In this document: positions 9,172 through 19,610 of the stretch, piece by piece
Layout: the number at the start of each line of letters is the position of its first letter
Position numbering within the stretch: the first letter of the stretch is position 1
DNA from: Alphaproteobacteria bacterium HGW-Alphaproteobacteria-6
GTDB lineage: Bacteria; Pseudomonadota; Alphaproteobacteria; Rhodobacterales; Rhodobacteraceae
Direction: 5' to 3'
NCBI GenBank assembly: GCA_002841115.1
Contig: PHEC01000001.1
Coordinates: forward strand, 39 to 64,038
DNA length: 64,000 bases
Made by a program: the position numbers and the translations under genes
The notes under the pieces: model-generated
What the model was told of the DNA's origin: nothing
What the model saw: the letters and a program-made list of their open reading frames with translations, nothing else
Databases searched by the model: none

Positions 9172-9987
9172 ATGACCGATCTTCTGCGCAAGCCGCTGGC
9201 GGTTGCCGGCAAGGTGCATGACATATCGCCCGAGGATGCCGGCTGGACCCACGTCGGCTTCACGCTCTACCGGCTGGCAGAGGGCGAGACGGCGGCCGAG
9301 CCGACCGGGGGGCGCGAGGTGATCCTGGTGCTGGTCGAGGGCCATGCCCGGCTTGCCGCCGGACCGCAGGATTTCGGCATGATGGGCGACCGGGCGAGCC
9401 CGTTCGAGAAGACCCCGCCGCATTGCCTCTACGTTCCCGCCGGATCGGACTGGCGGGCCGAGGCGGGTTCGGGCGGCTGCACGCTGGCGGTCTGTTCTGC
9501 GCCCGGCACGCCCGGCCGCCCGGCGCAGCGGCTTGGTCCCGAAGGGATCGTGACGGCGACCCGCGGCAAGGGGGCCAACACCCGCCACATCAACAATATC
9601 GCGATGGAGGATCGCGACGTTGCCGACAGCCTTCTGGTGACCGAGGTCTTCACCCCGGCCGGCAACTGGTCGTCCTATCCGTCGCACCGCCACGACGAGG
9701 ACGACTTTCCGCGGATGACCCTGCTGGAGGAAAGCTATTATCACCGGCTGAACCCGGCGCAGGGCTTTGCCGTGCAAAGGGTCTATACCGAGGACGGCAG
9801 CCTTGACCGGACAATGGCGGTGGCGGACGGCGATGTGGTCCTGGTGCCGCGCGGCCATCATCCCTGCGGCGCGCCCTATGGATACGAGCTTTACTACCTC
9901 AACGTCATGGCCGGGCCCTTGCGCAAATGGCGCTTTCAGAACGATCCGGCGCATGACTGGATCTACCAGCGCGACCTGAAGGGCTGA
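9172..9987 (+). CDS. iolB: 5-deoxy-glucuronate isomerase
   Basis: EVFTPAGNWSSYPSHRHD, LEESYYHR, YYLNVMAGP. Confidence 0.95.
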   Translation: MTDLLRKPLAVAGKVHDISPEDAGWTHVGFTLYRLAEGETAAEPTGGREVILVLVEGHARLAAGPQDFGMMGDRASPFEKTPPHCLYVPAGSDWRAEAGSGGCTLAVCSAPGTPGRPAQRLGPEGIVTATRGKGANTRHINNIAMEDRDVADSLLVTEVFTPAGNWSSYPSHRHDEDDFPRMTLLEESYYHRLNPAQGFAVQRVYTEDGSLDRTMAVADGDVVLVPRGHHPCGAPYGYELYYLNVMAGPLRKWRFQNDPAHDWIYQRDLKG

Positions 9988-9996
9988 GCCGCCGCC

Positions 9997-10755
9997 TCAG
10001 GCCAGCACCACCCGGGTCTTCCAGGCAAGGCAGCGCGCCGCCAGCAGCGGCGCAAGTGGGCGGTCGGTGATGATCGCGTCGAGATCGCCAAGCGAGGCGA
10101 TCCGCACCGGTGCCGCGCGCCCGAACTTGGCGGCATCGGCGACCAGGAACACCCGCCGCGCCTGGGCGATGATCGCCCGGCTGACCCGCACCTCCTGCGG
10201 GTCGAAATCCAGAAGATCGCCCTCGGCATCGATGGCCGAGGTGCCGATCACCGCGATATCGACCTTGAAGGCGGCGATCGCCTGGGTGGTGAGGTCGCCG
10301 ACCAGCCCGCCATCCGACCGGCGCAGAACGCCCCCCGCGACGATCACGTCGCAGCTGTCGCTTTCCGCCAGGATATTCGCGACATTGAGGTTGTTGGTCA
10401 CCACCATCAGGTTGGCATGGCCGAGAAGCGCGCGCGCCACCGCCTCGGTCGTGGTGCCGATGTTGAGAAACAGCGAGGAATTGGCCGGGATCAGTGCCGC
10501 GCAGGCCCGCGCGATCGCCGCCTTGGCATCGGCATTCATCCGGCGCCGCTCGCCGTAGCCGATATTGGCGACACCGGCGCGCAGGACCGCGCCGCCATGC
10601 ACCCGCGCCAGCTTGCCGGCCTCGGCCAGATCGCCGAGGTCGCGGCGGATGGTCTGCTGGGTCACGCCGAAACGCGCCGCCAGATCCTCGACCGAGACGC
10701 GGGCCTCGGCCCTTGCGATGCCGAGGATCTCGCTTTGCCGGAAACTGAGCGCCAT
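9997..10755 (-). CDS. glpR: DeoR/GlpR family transcriptional repressor
   Basis: VTQQTIRRDL HTH, NIGTTTE; divergent from glpD. Confidence 0.9.
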   Translation of the reverse strand: MALSFRQSEILGIARAEARVSVEDLAARFGVTQQTIRRDLGDLAEAGKLARVHGGAVLRAGVANIGYGERRRMNADAKAAIARACAALIPANSSLFLNIGTTTEAVARALLGHANLMVVTNNLNVANILAESDSCDVIVAGGVLRRSDGGLVGDLTTQAIAAFKVDIAVIGTSAIDAEGDLLDFDPQEVRVSRAIIAQARRVFLVADAAKFGRAAPVRIASLGDLDAIITDRPLAPLLAARCLAWKTRVVLA

Positions 10756-10805
10756 CAGCGGTCCTCCCTTGGGTCGAGACTAGCGCAATCCTGGCGCCGC
10801 GTCAG

Positions 10806-10840
10806 CCGAAACGAACATTTCCGAACGGAAATATTGACAA
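10806..10840. promoter_or_regulatory. glpR-glpD divergent promoter with putative GlpR repeats
   Basis: CGAAACGAACATTTCCGAACGGAAA (tandem CGAA repeats) adjacent to TTGACA. Confidence 0.45.
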
Positions 10841-10890
10841 AGCGCGCATGGCGGCGCGATAACACTCGGGCAATACCGGGGGGCGGCGCC

Positions 10891-12477
10891 ATGGTTTCCG
10901 AAGAAATGCCCGAACCGGCCTTTGATCTGTTCGTCATCGGCGGCGGCATCAACGGTGTCGGCATCGCCCGCGACGCGGCCGGGCGCGGCCTGTCGGTGGC
11001 GCTGGCCGAGATGGGTGATCTGGCCTCGGCGACCTCCTCGGCCTCGACCAAGCTCTTTCACGGCGGGCTGCGCTATCTGGAATATTTCGAGATCGGCCTG
11101 GTCAGAAAGGCGCTGATCGAGCGCGAGGTGCTGCTCGGCGCCATGCCGCATATCAGCTGGCCGATGCGTTTCGTGCTGCCCTGGCATCCGGACATGCGGT
11201 TCGAGGGGGCGACCCCGACCTCGCGGCTGCTGGGCCTTGTCATGCCCTGGATGCGCGGGCGGCGGCCGGCCTGGCTGATCCGCTTCGGGCTTTTCCTTTA
11301 CGACCACCTCGGCGGACGCAAGATCCTGCCCGGCACCCGGACGCTCGATCTGCGAAGCGATCCGGCCGGCGCGTCGCTGAACTCGAAATTCGCGCGCGCC
11401 TATGAATATTCCGACTGCTGGGTCGAGGACGCCCGCCTTGTCGTGCTGAACGCCCGCGATGCCGAGGCGCGCGGCGCGAAGATCATGACCCGGACCAAGG
11501 TAACGGGCGCGCGCCGCGTGAGCGGTGGCTGGGAGGTGACGGTCGAGCGTGACGGGCGCCTCAGGCGCTTTCGCGCCCGGGTGATCGTCAATGCCGGCGG
11601 GCCCTGGGTCGAGGCGATCATCCGCGGCACCGCACATCTTGAGCCCCCCGCCCGGATCCGGCTGGTGCGCGGCTCGCATATCGTGACCCGGCGGCTTTTC
11701 GACCACGACCGCGCCTATTTCTTTCAGGGCACCGACGGGCGGATCATCTTCGCCATTCCCTATGAGGAAGATTTCACCCTGATCGGCACCACCGACCAGG
11801 ATCATCAGGGCGATCCGTCCGCGGCGGTCTGCACCGAGGCCGAACAGGATTACCTTTGCGCCTTCGCCTCGCAGTATTTCGCAAGGCCGGTCAGCCGCGC
11901 CGACATCGTCTGGACCTATTCCGGGGTGCGGCCGCTTTACGACGACGGCGCGCGCTCGGCCAGTGCCGCGACCCGCGACTATGTGCTGAGCCTCGATACC
12001 GAGGGCGCGCCGATCCTCAATGTCTTCGGCGGCAAGATCACCACCTACCGCAAGCTGGCCGAGGCGGCGATGGCGAAGATCGCGCCGGTCCTCGGCGTGA
12101 CCCGGGGCGACTGGACCGCCGGGGTGGCGCTGCCGGGGGGTGATTTTCCGGTGGGCGGGGTGGCCGCGCTGATCGCCGGGCTGAAGGCGCGCTATCCGTT
12201 CCTGGGTGATTACCATGCCCGCCGGCTGATCCGCGCCTATGGCACCGAGGCGGCAGAGGTTCTGGGTGCCGCCACCGGACCCAATGATCTTGGCCGCGAC
12301 TTCGGCGCGACGCTGAGCGAGGCCGAGGTGCGCTGGCTGATGGCGCGCGAATATGCCCGCACCGCCGAGGATGTGGTCTGGCGCCGCAGCAAGCTTGGCC
12401 TCAGGATGACCGGCGACGAGATCGCGGCACTGGACCGCTGGATGCTGGATGCGGCGGCGGCAGAGCCGGCGGCCTGA
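10891..12477 (+). CDS. glpD: Aerobic FAD-dependent glycerol-3-phosphate dehydrogenase
   Basis: [47 protein letters not shown]. Confidence 0.95.
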   Translation: MVSEEMPEPAFDLFVIGGGINGVGIARDAAGRGLSVALAEMGDLASATSSASTKLFHGGLRYLEYFEIGLVRKALIEREVLLGAMPHISWPMRFVLPWHPDMRFEGATPTSRLLGLVMPWMRGRRPAWLIRFGLFLYDHLGGRKILPGTRTLDLRSDPAGASLNSKFARAYEYSDCWVEDARLVVLNARDAEARGAKIMTRTKVTGARRVSGGWEVTVERDGRLRRFRARVIVNAGGPWVEAIIRGTAHLEPPARIRLVRGSHIVTRRLFDHDRAYFFQGTDGRIIFAIPYEEDFTLIGTTDQDHQGDPSAAVCTEAEQDYLCAFASQYFARPVSRADIVWTYSGVRPLYDDGARSASAATRDYVLSLDTEGAPILNVFGGKITTYRKLAEAAMAKIAPVLGVTRGDWTAGVALPGGDFPVGGVAALIAGLKARYPFLGDYHARRLIRAYGTEAAEVLGAATGPNDLGRDFGATLSEAEVRWLMAREYARTAEDVVWRRSKLGLRMTGDEIAALDRWMLDAAAAEPAA

Positions 12478-12490
12478 ACGGGGGGGAAGC

Positions 12491-13978
12491 ATGGGCCATA
12501 TCCTGGCGATCGATCAGGGCACGACATCGAGCCGGGCGATCCTGTTCGATGAATTGATGCGCCCCCTGGCCAGCGAACAGCAGGAATTCACCCAGCATTT
12601 CCCGGCCTCGGGCTGGGTCGAGCATGACCCGGCCGAGATCTGGGCAACGGTCGCCAAGACGCTGCGCGGGGTGGTGGCGAAGGCCGGGGTGAAGCCCGCC
12701 GGCATCGCCGCGATCGGCATCACCAACCAGCGCGAGACCACCCTGGTCTGGGACCGCAGGACCGGCGAGGCGGTGCATAACGCCATCGTCTGGCAGGACC
12801 GCCGCACCGCCGATCTGTGCCAGACCCTGAAGGCGGCCGGCCACGAGGCGGCGATCACCCGCGCCACCGGCCTGCTGCTCGATCCGTATTTCTCGGGCAC
12901 CAAGCTGAAATGGATCCTCGATCATGTCGAGGGCGCGCGGGCGCGGGCGGCGCGGGGCGAGTTGCTGTTCGGCACCGTCGACAGTTTCCTGATCTGGAAG
13001 CTGACCGGCGGGCGGGTCCATGCCACCGACGCCACCAATGCCGCGCGCACGCTCATCTACAACATCCGCGAGGGGCGCTGGGACGAAGGGATCTGCGCGC
13101 TTCTCGACATCCCCGTGGCGATGCTGCCCGAGGTGCGCGACTGCGCCGCCGATTTCGGCATGACCGAGGCCGGGCTTCTGGGCCGCGAAGTCCCGATTCT
13201 CGGGGTGGCGGGCGATCAGCAGGCGGCGACCATCGGTCAGGGCTGCTTTGCCCCCGGCATGATGAAATCGACCTATGGCACCGGCTGCTTTGCACTCCTG
13301 AACACCGGCGATGTGCTGGTCGAAAGCCGGGCGCGGCTTCTGGGCACCATCGCCTATCAGCTGGGCGGCAAGCCGACCTATGCGCTCGAAGGCTCGATCT
13401 TCATCGCCGGGGCGGTGGTGCAATGGCTGCGCGACGGGCTGAAGATCATCGCCTCGGCCGGCCAGACGCAGGGCCTGGCCGAGGCCGCCGATCCGGGTCA
13501 GGACGTGGTGCTGGTGCCGGCCTTCACCGGGCTTGGCGCGCCCTACTGGCGGCCCGATTGCCGGGGCGCGATCTTCGGGCTGACGCGGGGCACCGGGCCG
13601 GCGGAACTGGCGCGGGCGGCGCTGGAAAGCGTCGGTTTCCAGACCCGCGACCTTCTGGAGGCGATGCGCGCCGACTGGCCCGGGCAGGCCGGTGATGCGG
13701 TTCTGCGCGTCGATGGCGGGATGAGCGCCTCGGACTGGACCATGCAGTTTCTCGCCGACCTGACCGGCGCGCCGGTTGATCGGCCGAAAGTGTTGGAGAC
13801 GACGGCGCTGGGCGCGGCCTGGCTGGCCGGGATGCGCGCCGGCATCTACCCCGATCAGGCCGGTTTCGCCCGCGACTGGGCGCTGGAGCGGCGCTTTGTC
13901 CCGGCAATGGCGCGGGATCTGGCCGAGGCGAAATACGCCCGCTGGAAGGCGGCGGTGGCGGCGACGCTGACGGTCTGA
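12491..13978 (+). CDS. glpK: Glycerol kinase
   Basis: [34 protein letters not shown]. Confidence 0.97.
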   Translation: MGHILAIDQGTTSSRAILFDELMRPLASEQQEFTQHFPASGWVEHDPAEIWATVAKTLRGVVAKAGVKPAGIAAIGITNQRETTLVWDRRTGEAVHNAIVWQDRRTADLCQTLKAAGHEAAITRATGLLLDPYFSGTKLKWILDHVEGARARAARGELLFGTVDSFLIWKLTGGRVHATDATNAARTLIYNIREGRWDEGICALLDIPVAMLPEVRDCAADFGMTEAGLLGREVPILGVAGDQQAATIGQGCFAPGMMKSTYGTGCFALLNTGDVLVESRARLLGTIAYQLGGKPTYALEGSIFIAGAVVQWLRDGLKIIASAGQTQGLAEAADPGQDVVLVPAFTGLGAPYWRPDCRGAIFGLTRGTGPAELARAALESVGFQTRDLLEAMRADWPGQAGDAVLRVDGGMSASDWTMQFLADLTGAPVDRPKVLETTALGAAWLAGMRAGIYPDQAGFARDWALERRFVPAMARDLAEAKYARWKAAVAATLTV

Positions 13979-14037
13979 CCCGCCACCCGGCGCCAGTGCC
14001 GCTTGCCGGCGGCGGGAGGGAACGCTACATCCCGGGT

Positions 14038-14841
14038 ATGAGACGCTTCATTCCCTTCCTCAAGGCCCCCGCCCGCGTCGCGATGATCCGGCTTCAGGGC
14101 GTCATCGCCGCCGGCGGCCGCACCGGGGTCGGGCTGAACGACGCCACCCTGGCGCCGCTGATCGAGCGCGCCTTTCGCCGCGGCCGGCCGCAGGCGGTGG
14201 CGCTGGCGATCAACTCGCCCGGCGGCTCGCCGGTGCAATCGTCGCTGATCGCCGCGCGGATCCGCCGGCTGGCGGACGAGCGCAAGATCCCGGTCCATGC
14301 CTTCGTCGAGGATATCGCCGCCTCGGGCGGCTACTGGCTGGCGCTGGCCGCCGACGACATCTGGGTCGATGCCAGTTCGGTCGTCGGCTCGATCGGGGTG
14401 ATCTCGGCCAGCTTCGGCTTTCCCGACTTCCTTGCCCGCCACGGGATCGAGCGGCGGGTCCACACCGCCGGCACCTCGAAAAGCTTTCTCGATCCGTTCC
14501 GCCCCGAACGCCCCGAGGATGTGGTGCGCCTGCACGCCATCCTCAACCCGGTCCACGCCACCTTCATGGCCGAGGTCCGGGCCCGGCGCGGCGCCCGGCT
14601 GGCCGAGGGGCAGGATCTGTTCAACGGCGATGTCTGGGTCGGGCAGGGCGCCGTCGATCAGGGGCTGGCCGACGGCGTCGCCCATCCGGTGGTAAAGCTG
14701 AAGGCGCTTTACGGCGACAAGGTGCGGATCATTCCCTATGGGGTGAAACGGCCGCTCTTGCAGCGCTTAGGCGGTCGGATCCTCGGCCAGGCGATCGAGC
14801 AGATCGAGGAGCGCGCCGCCTATGCGCGCTTCGGGCTTTAA
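14038..14841 (+). CDS. S49 family peptidase (SppA/SohB-like)
   Basis: INSPGGSPVQS, AASGGYW, GSIGV. Confidence 0.9.
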   Translation: MRRFIPFLKAPARVAMIRLQGVIAAGGRTGVGLNDATLAPLIERAFRRGRPQAVALAINSPGGSPVQSSLIAARIRRLADERKIPVHAFVEDIAASGGYWLALAADDIWVDASSVVGSIGVISASFGFPDFLARHGIERRVHTAGTSKSFLDPFRPERPEDVVRLHAILNPVHATFMAEVRARRGARLAEGQDLFNGDVWVGQGAVDQGLADGVAHPVVKLKALYGDKVRIIPYGVKRPLLQRLGGRILGQAIEQIEERAAYARFGL

Positions 14842-14845
14842 CCCC

Positions 14846-15040
14846 GTGGCCAAGATCATCACCCTGTTTCTGGTCGTGATGGCGGTTCTGGCGGTCTTCG
14901 GACGGCTGCGCTTTCCCGGGCTGGGGCGCGGGCCGAAACGGCTGGGCGCGGCGCGCTGCCCGGCCTGCGGGCGGCCGCGCATCGGCAAGGGGCCCTGCGA
15001 TTGCGGGCAGGACGCGCCGGGCGGGGGCAAGGAGGGATGA
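14846..15040 (+). CDS. Small membrane protein with Cys-rich C-terminus
   Basis: GTG start, TM segment IITLFLVVMAVLAVFG, CPACGRPRIGKGPCDC; stop overlaps the SDR start (ATGA). Confidence 0.65.
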   Translation: MAKIITLFLVVMAVLAVFGRLRFPGLGRGPKRLGAARCPACGRPRIGKGPCDCGQDAPGGGKEG

Positions 15041-15819
15041 GGCCGCGCGCGCTGGTCACCGGTGGTGCCCACCGTCTGGGCCGCGCCATGGCGCTTTACC
15101 TTGCCGGGCGCGGCCATGATGTCGCGGTCCATTACGCCACCTCGGCGGCCGAGGCCGAGGCGGTGGCGGCCGAGGCCCGCGCGCAGGGTGTCGGGGCCAC
15201 GGCGCTGCGCGCCGACCTGCTGATCGAGGCAGAGACCGGCGATCTGGTCGCGCGCGCCGCCGCGGCGCTGGGCGGGCCGCTGACGGTGCTGGTCAACAAC
15301 GCCTCGATCTTCGAATACGACAACATTGCCAGCATGACCCGGCAAGGCTGGGACCGCGCGATCGAGACCAATCTGCGCGCCCCGGTGGTCCTGACCCAGA
15401 CCTTCGCCGCTCAGGCGCCGAAGGCCGGGCGCGGCGATGACGGCGAGGCGCGGGCCCATGGCCTTGTCGTCAACATGCTGGATCAGCGGGTGCGCAAGCT
15501 GACCCCGGAATTCATGTCCTACACGATTGCCAAGATGGGGCTCTGGGCCTTCACCCAGACCGCGGCGCGCGCCCTTGGCCCCGATGTCCGGGTCAATGCG
15601 ATCGGCCCCGGATCGACGCTGAAAGGTGCTTCGCAAAGCGAGGCGCAGTTTCGTGCGCAGCGCGCCGGTTCGGTGCTGGAACGGGGCGCGGCGACCGGCG
15701 ACATCTGCGCGGCGCTGGGCTATCTGCTGGAGGCGACCGCAGTCACCGGACAGTTGATCTGCGTCGACGGCGGCCAGCATCTGGGCTGGAAAACCCCTGA
15801 TATTCTGGGTCGGACCTGA
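15037..15819 (+). CDS. SDR family oxidoreductase, pteridine reductase/FolM-like
   Basis: VTGGAHRLG, NNASIF, MLDQRV, YTIAK. Confidence 0.85.
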   Translation: MRPRALVTGGAHRLGRAMALYLAGRGHDVAVHYATSAAEAEAVAAEARAQGVGATALRADLLIEAETGDLVARAAAALGGPLTVLVNNASIFEYDNIASMTRQGWDRAIETNLRAPVVLTQTFAAQAPKAGRGDDGEARAHGLVVNMLDQRVRKLTPEFMSYTIAKMGLWAFTQTAARALGPDVRVNAIGPGSTLKGASQSEAQFRAQRAGSVLERGAATGDICAALGYLLEATAVTGQLICVDGGQHLGWKTPDILGRT

Positions 15820-15849
15820 GTGTAGCAGGGCCGCGCGACACCGAGGCCG

Positions 15850-16120
15850 CTTGACTTGTCCACTTTGGGCTGCCCGGTAACAAGGATGTAACGAATCTGT
15901 CAATGGATTCAGAGATTTGCGGCATACGGTAAAAAATATCTCGTTATTTCAGTGGCTTGGTAAACTGCCCAAAAAACAGGCAAAGCGATGAACCGGGCCG
16001 AAAACAACGAAAATTTCCGCCTGCCCAAATCTTTTCACCAGAGTTATCCACAGAATCCGTGGACAGGTTTTCTCTTGCTCCGGGGTCGGTAAGATTGCAG
16101 GCGACAAGGGGAATCAGATG
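15850..16120. promoter_or_regulatory. DnaA-box and GANTC-rich intergenic region; candidate replication origin or DnaA-regulated uvrC promoter
   Basis: TTATCCACA 16044-16052, TTGTCCACT 15856-15864, CGTGGACAG 16058-16066; GANTC at 15893, 15906, 16053, 16111; AT-rich core. Confidence 0.5.
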
Positions 16121-16142
16121 CCGCGCGGCAGGGGCATGACCG

Positions 16143-18038
16143 ATGGTTGACCAGACCGCAACCGGGGGTGGCAGCGATGGCGCGTCACAGGATGCGCCGA
16201 CCGGCCATGCGCTGATCCAGTCGCTGTTGCGCGGCCTGACCATGCAGCCCGGCGTCTACCGGATGCTCGATGCCGGCGGCCGGGTGCTTTACGTCGGCAA
16301 GGCGCGCAACCTGCGCGCCCGGGTCTCGAACTATGCCCGCCCCTCGGGCCATTCGGCGCGGATCGCCCGGATGATCGAGGCGACCGCGTCGATGATGTTC
16401 CTGACGACGCGGACCGAGACCGAGGCGCTGCTTCTGGAGCAGAACCTGATCAAGCAGTTGAAGCCGCATTTCAACGTGCTCTTGCGCGACGACAAGTCGT
16501 TTCCGAACATCCTGGTCGCCAAGGACCATCCGTTTCCACAGATCACCAAGCACCGCGGCGCGCGCACCCCGAAGGGCAGCTATTACGGACCCTTCGCCAG
16601 TGCCGGCGCGGTCAACCGCACCCTGAACCAGTTGCAGAAGGTCTTCCTGCTGCGCAACTGTTCGGACGCGATGTTTTCCAGCCGCAGCCGGCCCTGCCTG
16701 CTTTACCAGATCAAGCGCTGCGCCGCCCCTTGCGTCGGCGCGGTCAGCGAGGCGGAGTATGCCGGCCTTGTCGCCGATGCCGAACGCTTTCTTCAGGGCC
16801 GCTCGACCGTGGTGCAGGAAAACCTGGCGCGCCAGATGGCCGAGGCCGCCGAGGCGATGGAATATGAGCGCGCCGCGGCGCTGCGCGACCGGATCCGCGC
16901 CCTGACCCAGGTCCAGCAGGCGCAGGGCATCAACCCGCAGGGCGTGCCCGAGGCCGATGTGGTGGCGCTTCACATCGAGGGCGGACAGGCCTGTATCCAG
17001 GTCTTCTTCATCCGCGCAAATCAAAGCTGGGGCAACCGCGACTTCTATCCACGCACCGGCGCCGGCGCCGAGGCGCCCGAGGTGCTGGAGGCCTTTCTGG
17101 GCCAGTTCTACGCCGACAAGACGCCACCGCGGCTGATCCTGCTCAGCCATCCGATCGAGGACGCCGACCTGATGACCCAGCTCCTGTCGGACCGCGCCGG
17201 CCACCGGGTCACGATCGCGGTGCCACAGCGCGGGATCAAGGCCGAACTGGTCGAGAACGCCGCCCGCAACGCCCGCGAAAGCCTGGCCCGCAAGATGAGC
17301 GAGACCGCCGCCCAGTCGCGGCTGCTCGACGCGCTCGCCGAGGCCTTCGGGCTGGACGCGGCCCCGCGCCGGATCGAGGTTTACGACAACTCGCATATCC
17401 AGGGCGCCCATGCCGTCGGCGGCATGATCGTCGCCGGCCCCGACGGCTTCGAGAAAGGCCAGTATCGCAAATATGACATCAAGGGCACCGAGATCGCCCC
17501 CGGCGACGATTTCGCCATGATGAAAGAGGTGCTGACCCGGCGCTTCGCCCGCTTGCTGAAGGAAGACCCCGACCGCGAGACCGCCGCCTGGCCCGACCTG
17601 ATCGTGATCGACGGCGGCGCCGGTCAGGTCTCGGCGGTGGCGGCGGTGATGGAGGACATGGGGGTCGAGGACGTGCCGATGGTCGGGGTCGCCAAGGGCA
17701 TCGACCGCGACGCCGGCAAGGAGGAATTCCACCGCCCCGGCCGGCCGGCCTTCGCCCTGCCGCACAACGCGCCGGTGCTTTATTTCATCCAGCGCCTGCG
17801 CGACGAGGCGCACCGCTGGGCGATCGGCGCGCACCGCGCCAAACGCGCCAAGGCGATCGGCGTCACCCCGCTGGACGAGGTGCCGGGCATCGGTGCGGCG
17901 CGCAAGCGCGCCCTTCTGGCGCATTTCGGCTCGGCCAAGGCGGTGACGCGGGCCGGGCTGGCCGATCTGAAGGCGGTCGAGGGCATATCCGAGGCGATGG
18001 CCCGGACCATCCACGATTTCTTCCACGCCGAAGGCTAG
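16143..18038 (+). CDS. uvrC: Excinuclease ABC subunit C
   Basis: [37 protein letters not shown]-terminal HhH. Confidence 0.97.
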   Translation: MVDQTATGGGSDGASQDAPTGHALIQSLLRGLTMQPGVYRMLDAGGRVLYVGKARNLRARVSNYARPSGHSARIARMIEATASMMFLTTRTETEALLLEQNLIKQLKPHFNVLLRDDKSFPNILVAKDHPFPQITKHRGARTPKGSYYGPFASAGAVNRTLNQLQKVFLLRNCSDAMFSSRSRPCLLYQIKRCAAPCVGAVSEAEYAGLVADAERFLQGRSTVVQENLARQMAEAAEAMEYERAAALRDRIRALTQVQQAQGINPQGVPEADVVALHIEGGQACIQVFFIRANQSWGNRDFYPRTGAGAEAPEVLEAFLGQFYADKTPPRLILLSHPIEDADLMTQLLSDRAGHRVTIAVPQRGIKAELVENAARNARESLARKMSETAAQSRLLDALAEAFGLDAAPRRIEVYDNSHIQGAHAVGGMIVAGPDGFEKGQYRKYDIKGTEIAPGDDFAMMKEVLTRRFARLLKEDPDRETAAWPDLIVIDGGAGQVSAVAAVMEDMGVEDVPMVGVAKGIDRDAGKEEFHRPGRPAFALPHNAPVLYFIQRLRDEAHRWAIGAHRAKRAKAIGVTPLDEVPGIGAARKRALLAHFGSAKAVTRAGLADLKAVEGISEAMARTIHDFFHAEG

Positions 18039-18104
18039 GCGCCTGTCGCGCCAAGGTGGAAACCGGCTTTGCGCTCTTCGGACGGGCGAAATCAGAAGGT
18101 CTGG

Positions 18105-18419
18105 CAGGCTGCTGAAAACGTCACGCACCCACCCGTTTTCAACCACCAGATCGGAATACCGTTCCGCGCCACGCTTTCCACAAGCACTGGCCCGGGCGAC
18201 CAGCCCGGGCCGCGCCCGACCCTCCCGGCGGGAGGGCGCATGGCACTGTCGCAAATTGCTCGACGGTTGGAGTGATCTGGCCACCATAAAGCACCGCAAC
18301 CCCGGCGTGGCAAAGCGCCCCCCCCAGGGTCGGGCGCGACCCTCGGTGCCAGGATCAGATGGCGGAACAGGAAAGGTTTCCCCGCCAGACACTGCCCGAG
18401 TTTCTTTTTCAGCAGCCTG
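18105..18419. mobile_element. MITE copy 1 (315 bp, no transposase)
   Basis: 14-bp terminal inverted repeats CAGGCTGCTGAAAA / TTTTCAGCAGCCTG; homologous to 53257-53570. Confidence 0.8.
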
Positions 18420-18476
18420 CTAGAGTGGGTCACGTGAATGCCGATGAACGCGATCCGCTCTAGCGCCGGGCAGGGG

Positions 18477-19436
18477 TCAGGCGGCCAGCCCCTTGGTGCC
18501 CATGGTCAGGAATTTCTCGCGCCGGTCGCGGACCAGTTCGGCCGGCTTCCTGCCCGCCAGATCCGTCAGCATCGCCGAGATCGCCTTGCCGACGCTGGCC
18601 ACCGCCTCGTCGCGCCCGCGTTGGGCGCCGCCGCGCGGCTCGGCGATGATCCGGTCGATGATGCCGAGCTTCAGAAGATCCTGTGCCGTCAGCCTGAGCG
18701 CCACCGCCGCCTCGCGCATCCGCTCGGCATCCTTCCACAGGATCGAGGCGCAGCCCTCGGGCGTGATCACCGAATAGATCGAATGCTCCAGCATCGCCAC
18801 CCGGTTCGCCGTGGCGAAGGCCACCGCCCCGCCCGATCCGCCCTCGCCGATGATGACCGAGATCAGCGGCACGCCGATCTGCAGGCACTTCTCGGTCGAT
18901 CGCGCGATCGCCTCGCTTTGCCCGCGTTCCTCGGCGCCCTTGCCGGGGTAGGCGCCGGGCGTGTCAACCAGGGTGATCACCGGCAGGCGGAAACGGTCGG
19001 CCAGATCCATCAGCCGGATCGCCTTGCGGTAGCCCTCGGGGCGGGCCATGCCGAAATTATGCTCGATCCGCGACTTGGTGTCGGCGCCCTTTTCCTGGCC
19101 GATCACCACCACCGGCTGGTCCTCGAACCGCGCGAGGCCACCCATCACCGCGTGATCGTCGGCAAAGTTGCGGTCGCCGGCAAGCGGCGTGAATTCGCGA
19201 AACAGGGCCTCGACATAGTCGCGGCAATGCGGCCGGTCGGGGTGGCGCGCGACCTGGCATTTCTGCCAGGGGTCGAGGGTGCGGTAAAGCTCGGCCAGAA
19301 GGTCGGATGCCTTCTTGTCCAGTGCCGCCGCCTCGCGGGCCACGTCCATGCCTTCGTTCCGGCGTGCCAGGGCGCGCAGTTCCTCGGCCTTGCCCTCGAT
19401 CTCTGCCAGCGGCTTTTCGAATTCGAGATAGTTCAT
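18477..19436 (-). CDS. accA: Acetyl-CoA carboxylase carboxyltransferase alpha subunit
   Basis: [31 protein letters not shown]. Confidence 0.97.
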   Translation of the reverse strand: MNYLEFEKPLAEIEGKAEELRALARRNEGMDVAREAAALDKKASDLLAELYRTLDPWQKCQVARHPDRPHCRDYVEALFREFTPLAGDRNFADDHAVMGGLARFEDQPVVVIGQEKGADTKSRIEHNFGMARPEGYRKAIRLMDLADRFRLPVITLVDTPGAYPGKGAEERGQSEAIARSTEKCLQIGVPLISVIIGEGGSGGAVAFATANRVAMLEHSIYSVITPEGCASILWKDAERMREAAVALRLTAQDLLKLGIIDRIIAEPRGGAQRGRDEAVASVGKAISAMLTDLAGRKPAELVRDRREKFLTMGTKGLAA

Positions 19437-19610
19437 CCGCCCGCCCTGTCACGGCCCCGTTGCCCCCCGTTCTATGGCGCGGACGGCGCCCGATTGCAAC
19501 CGGCAGGAAACCCGCGCGGGCGGCCGCCCCGCCCCGCATTCCCCTTGCCCGGCGCGGGCTTTCTTGCCAGAGCATGACAGCGGCGACGGGCAGCACGAGG
19601 ACATGAGCGG

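Noticed and set aside
18069-18433. Similar short ORFs here and at 52952-53543 suggesting a duplicated protein
   Set aside because: They are translations of the MITE copies; starts, stops and frames are not conserved between copies.
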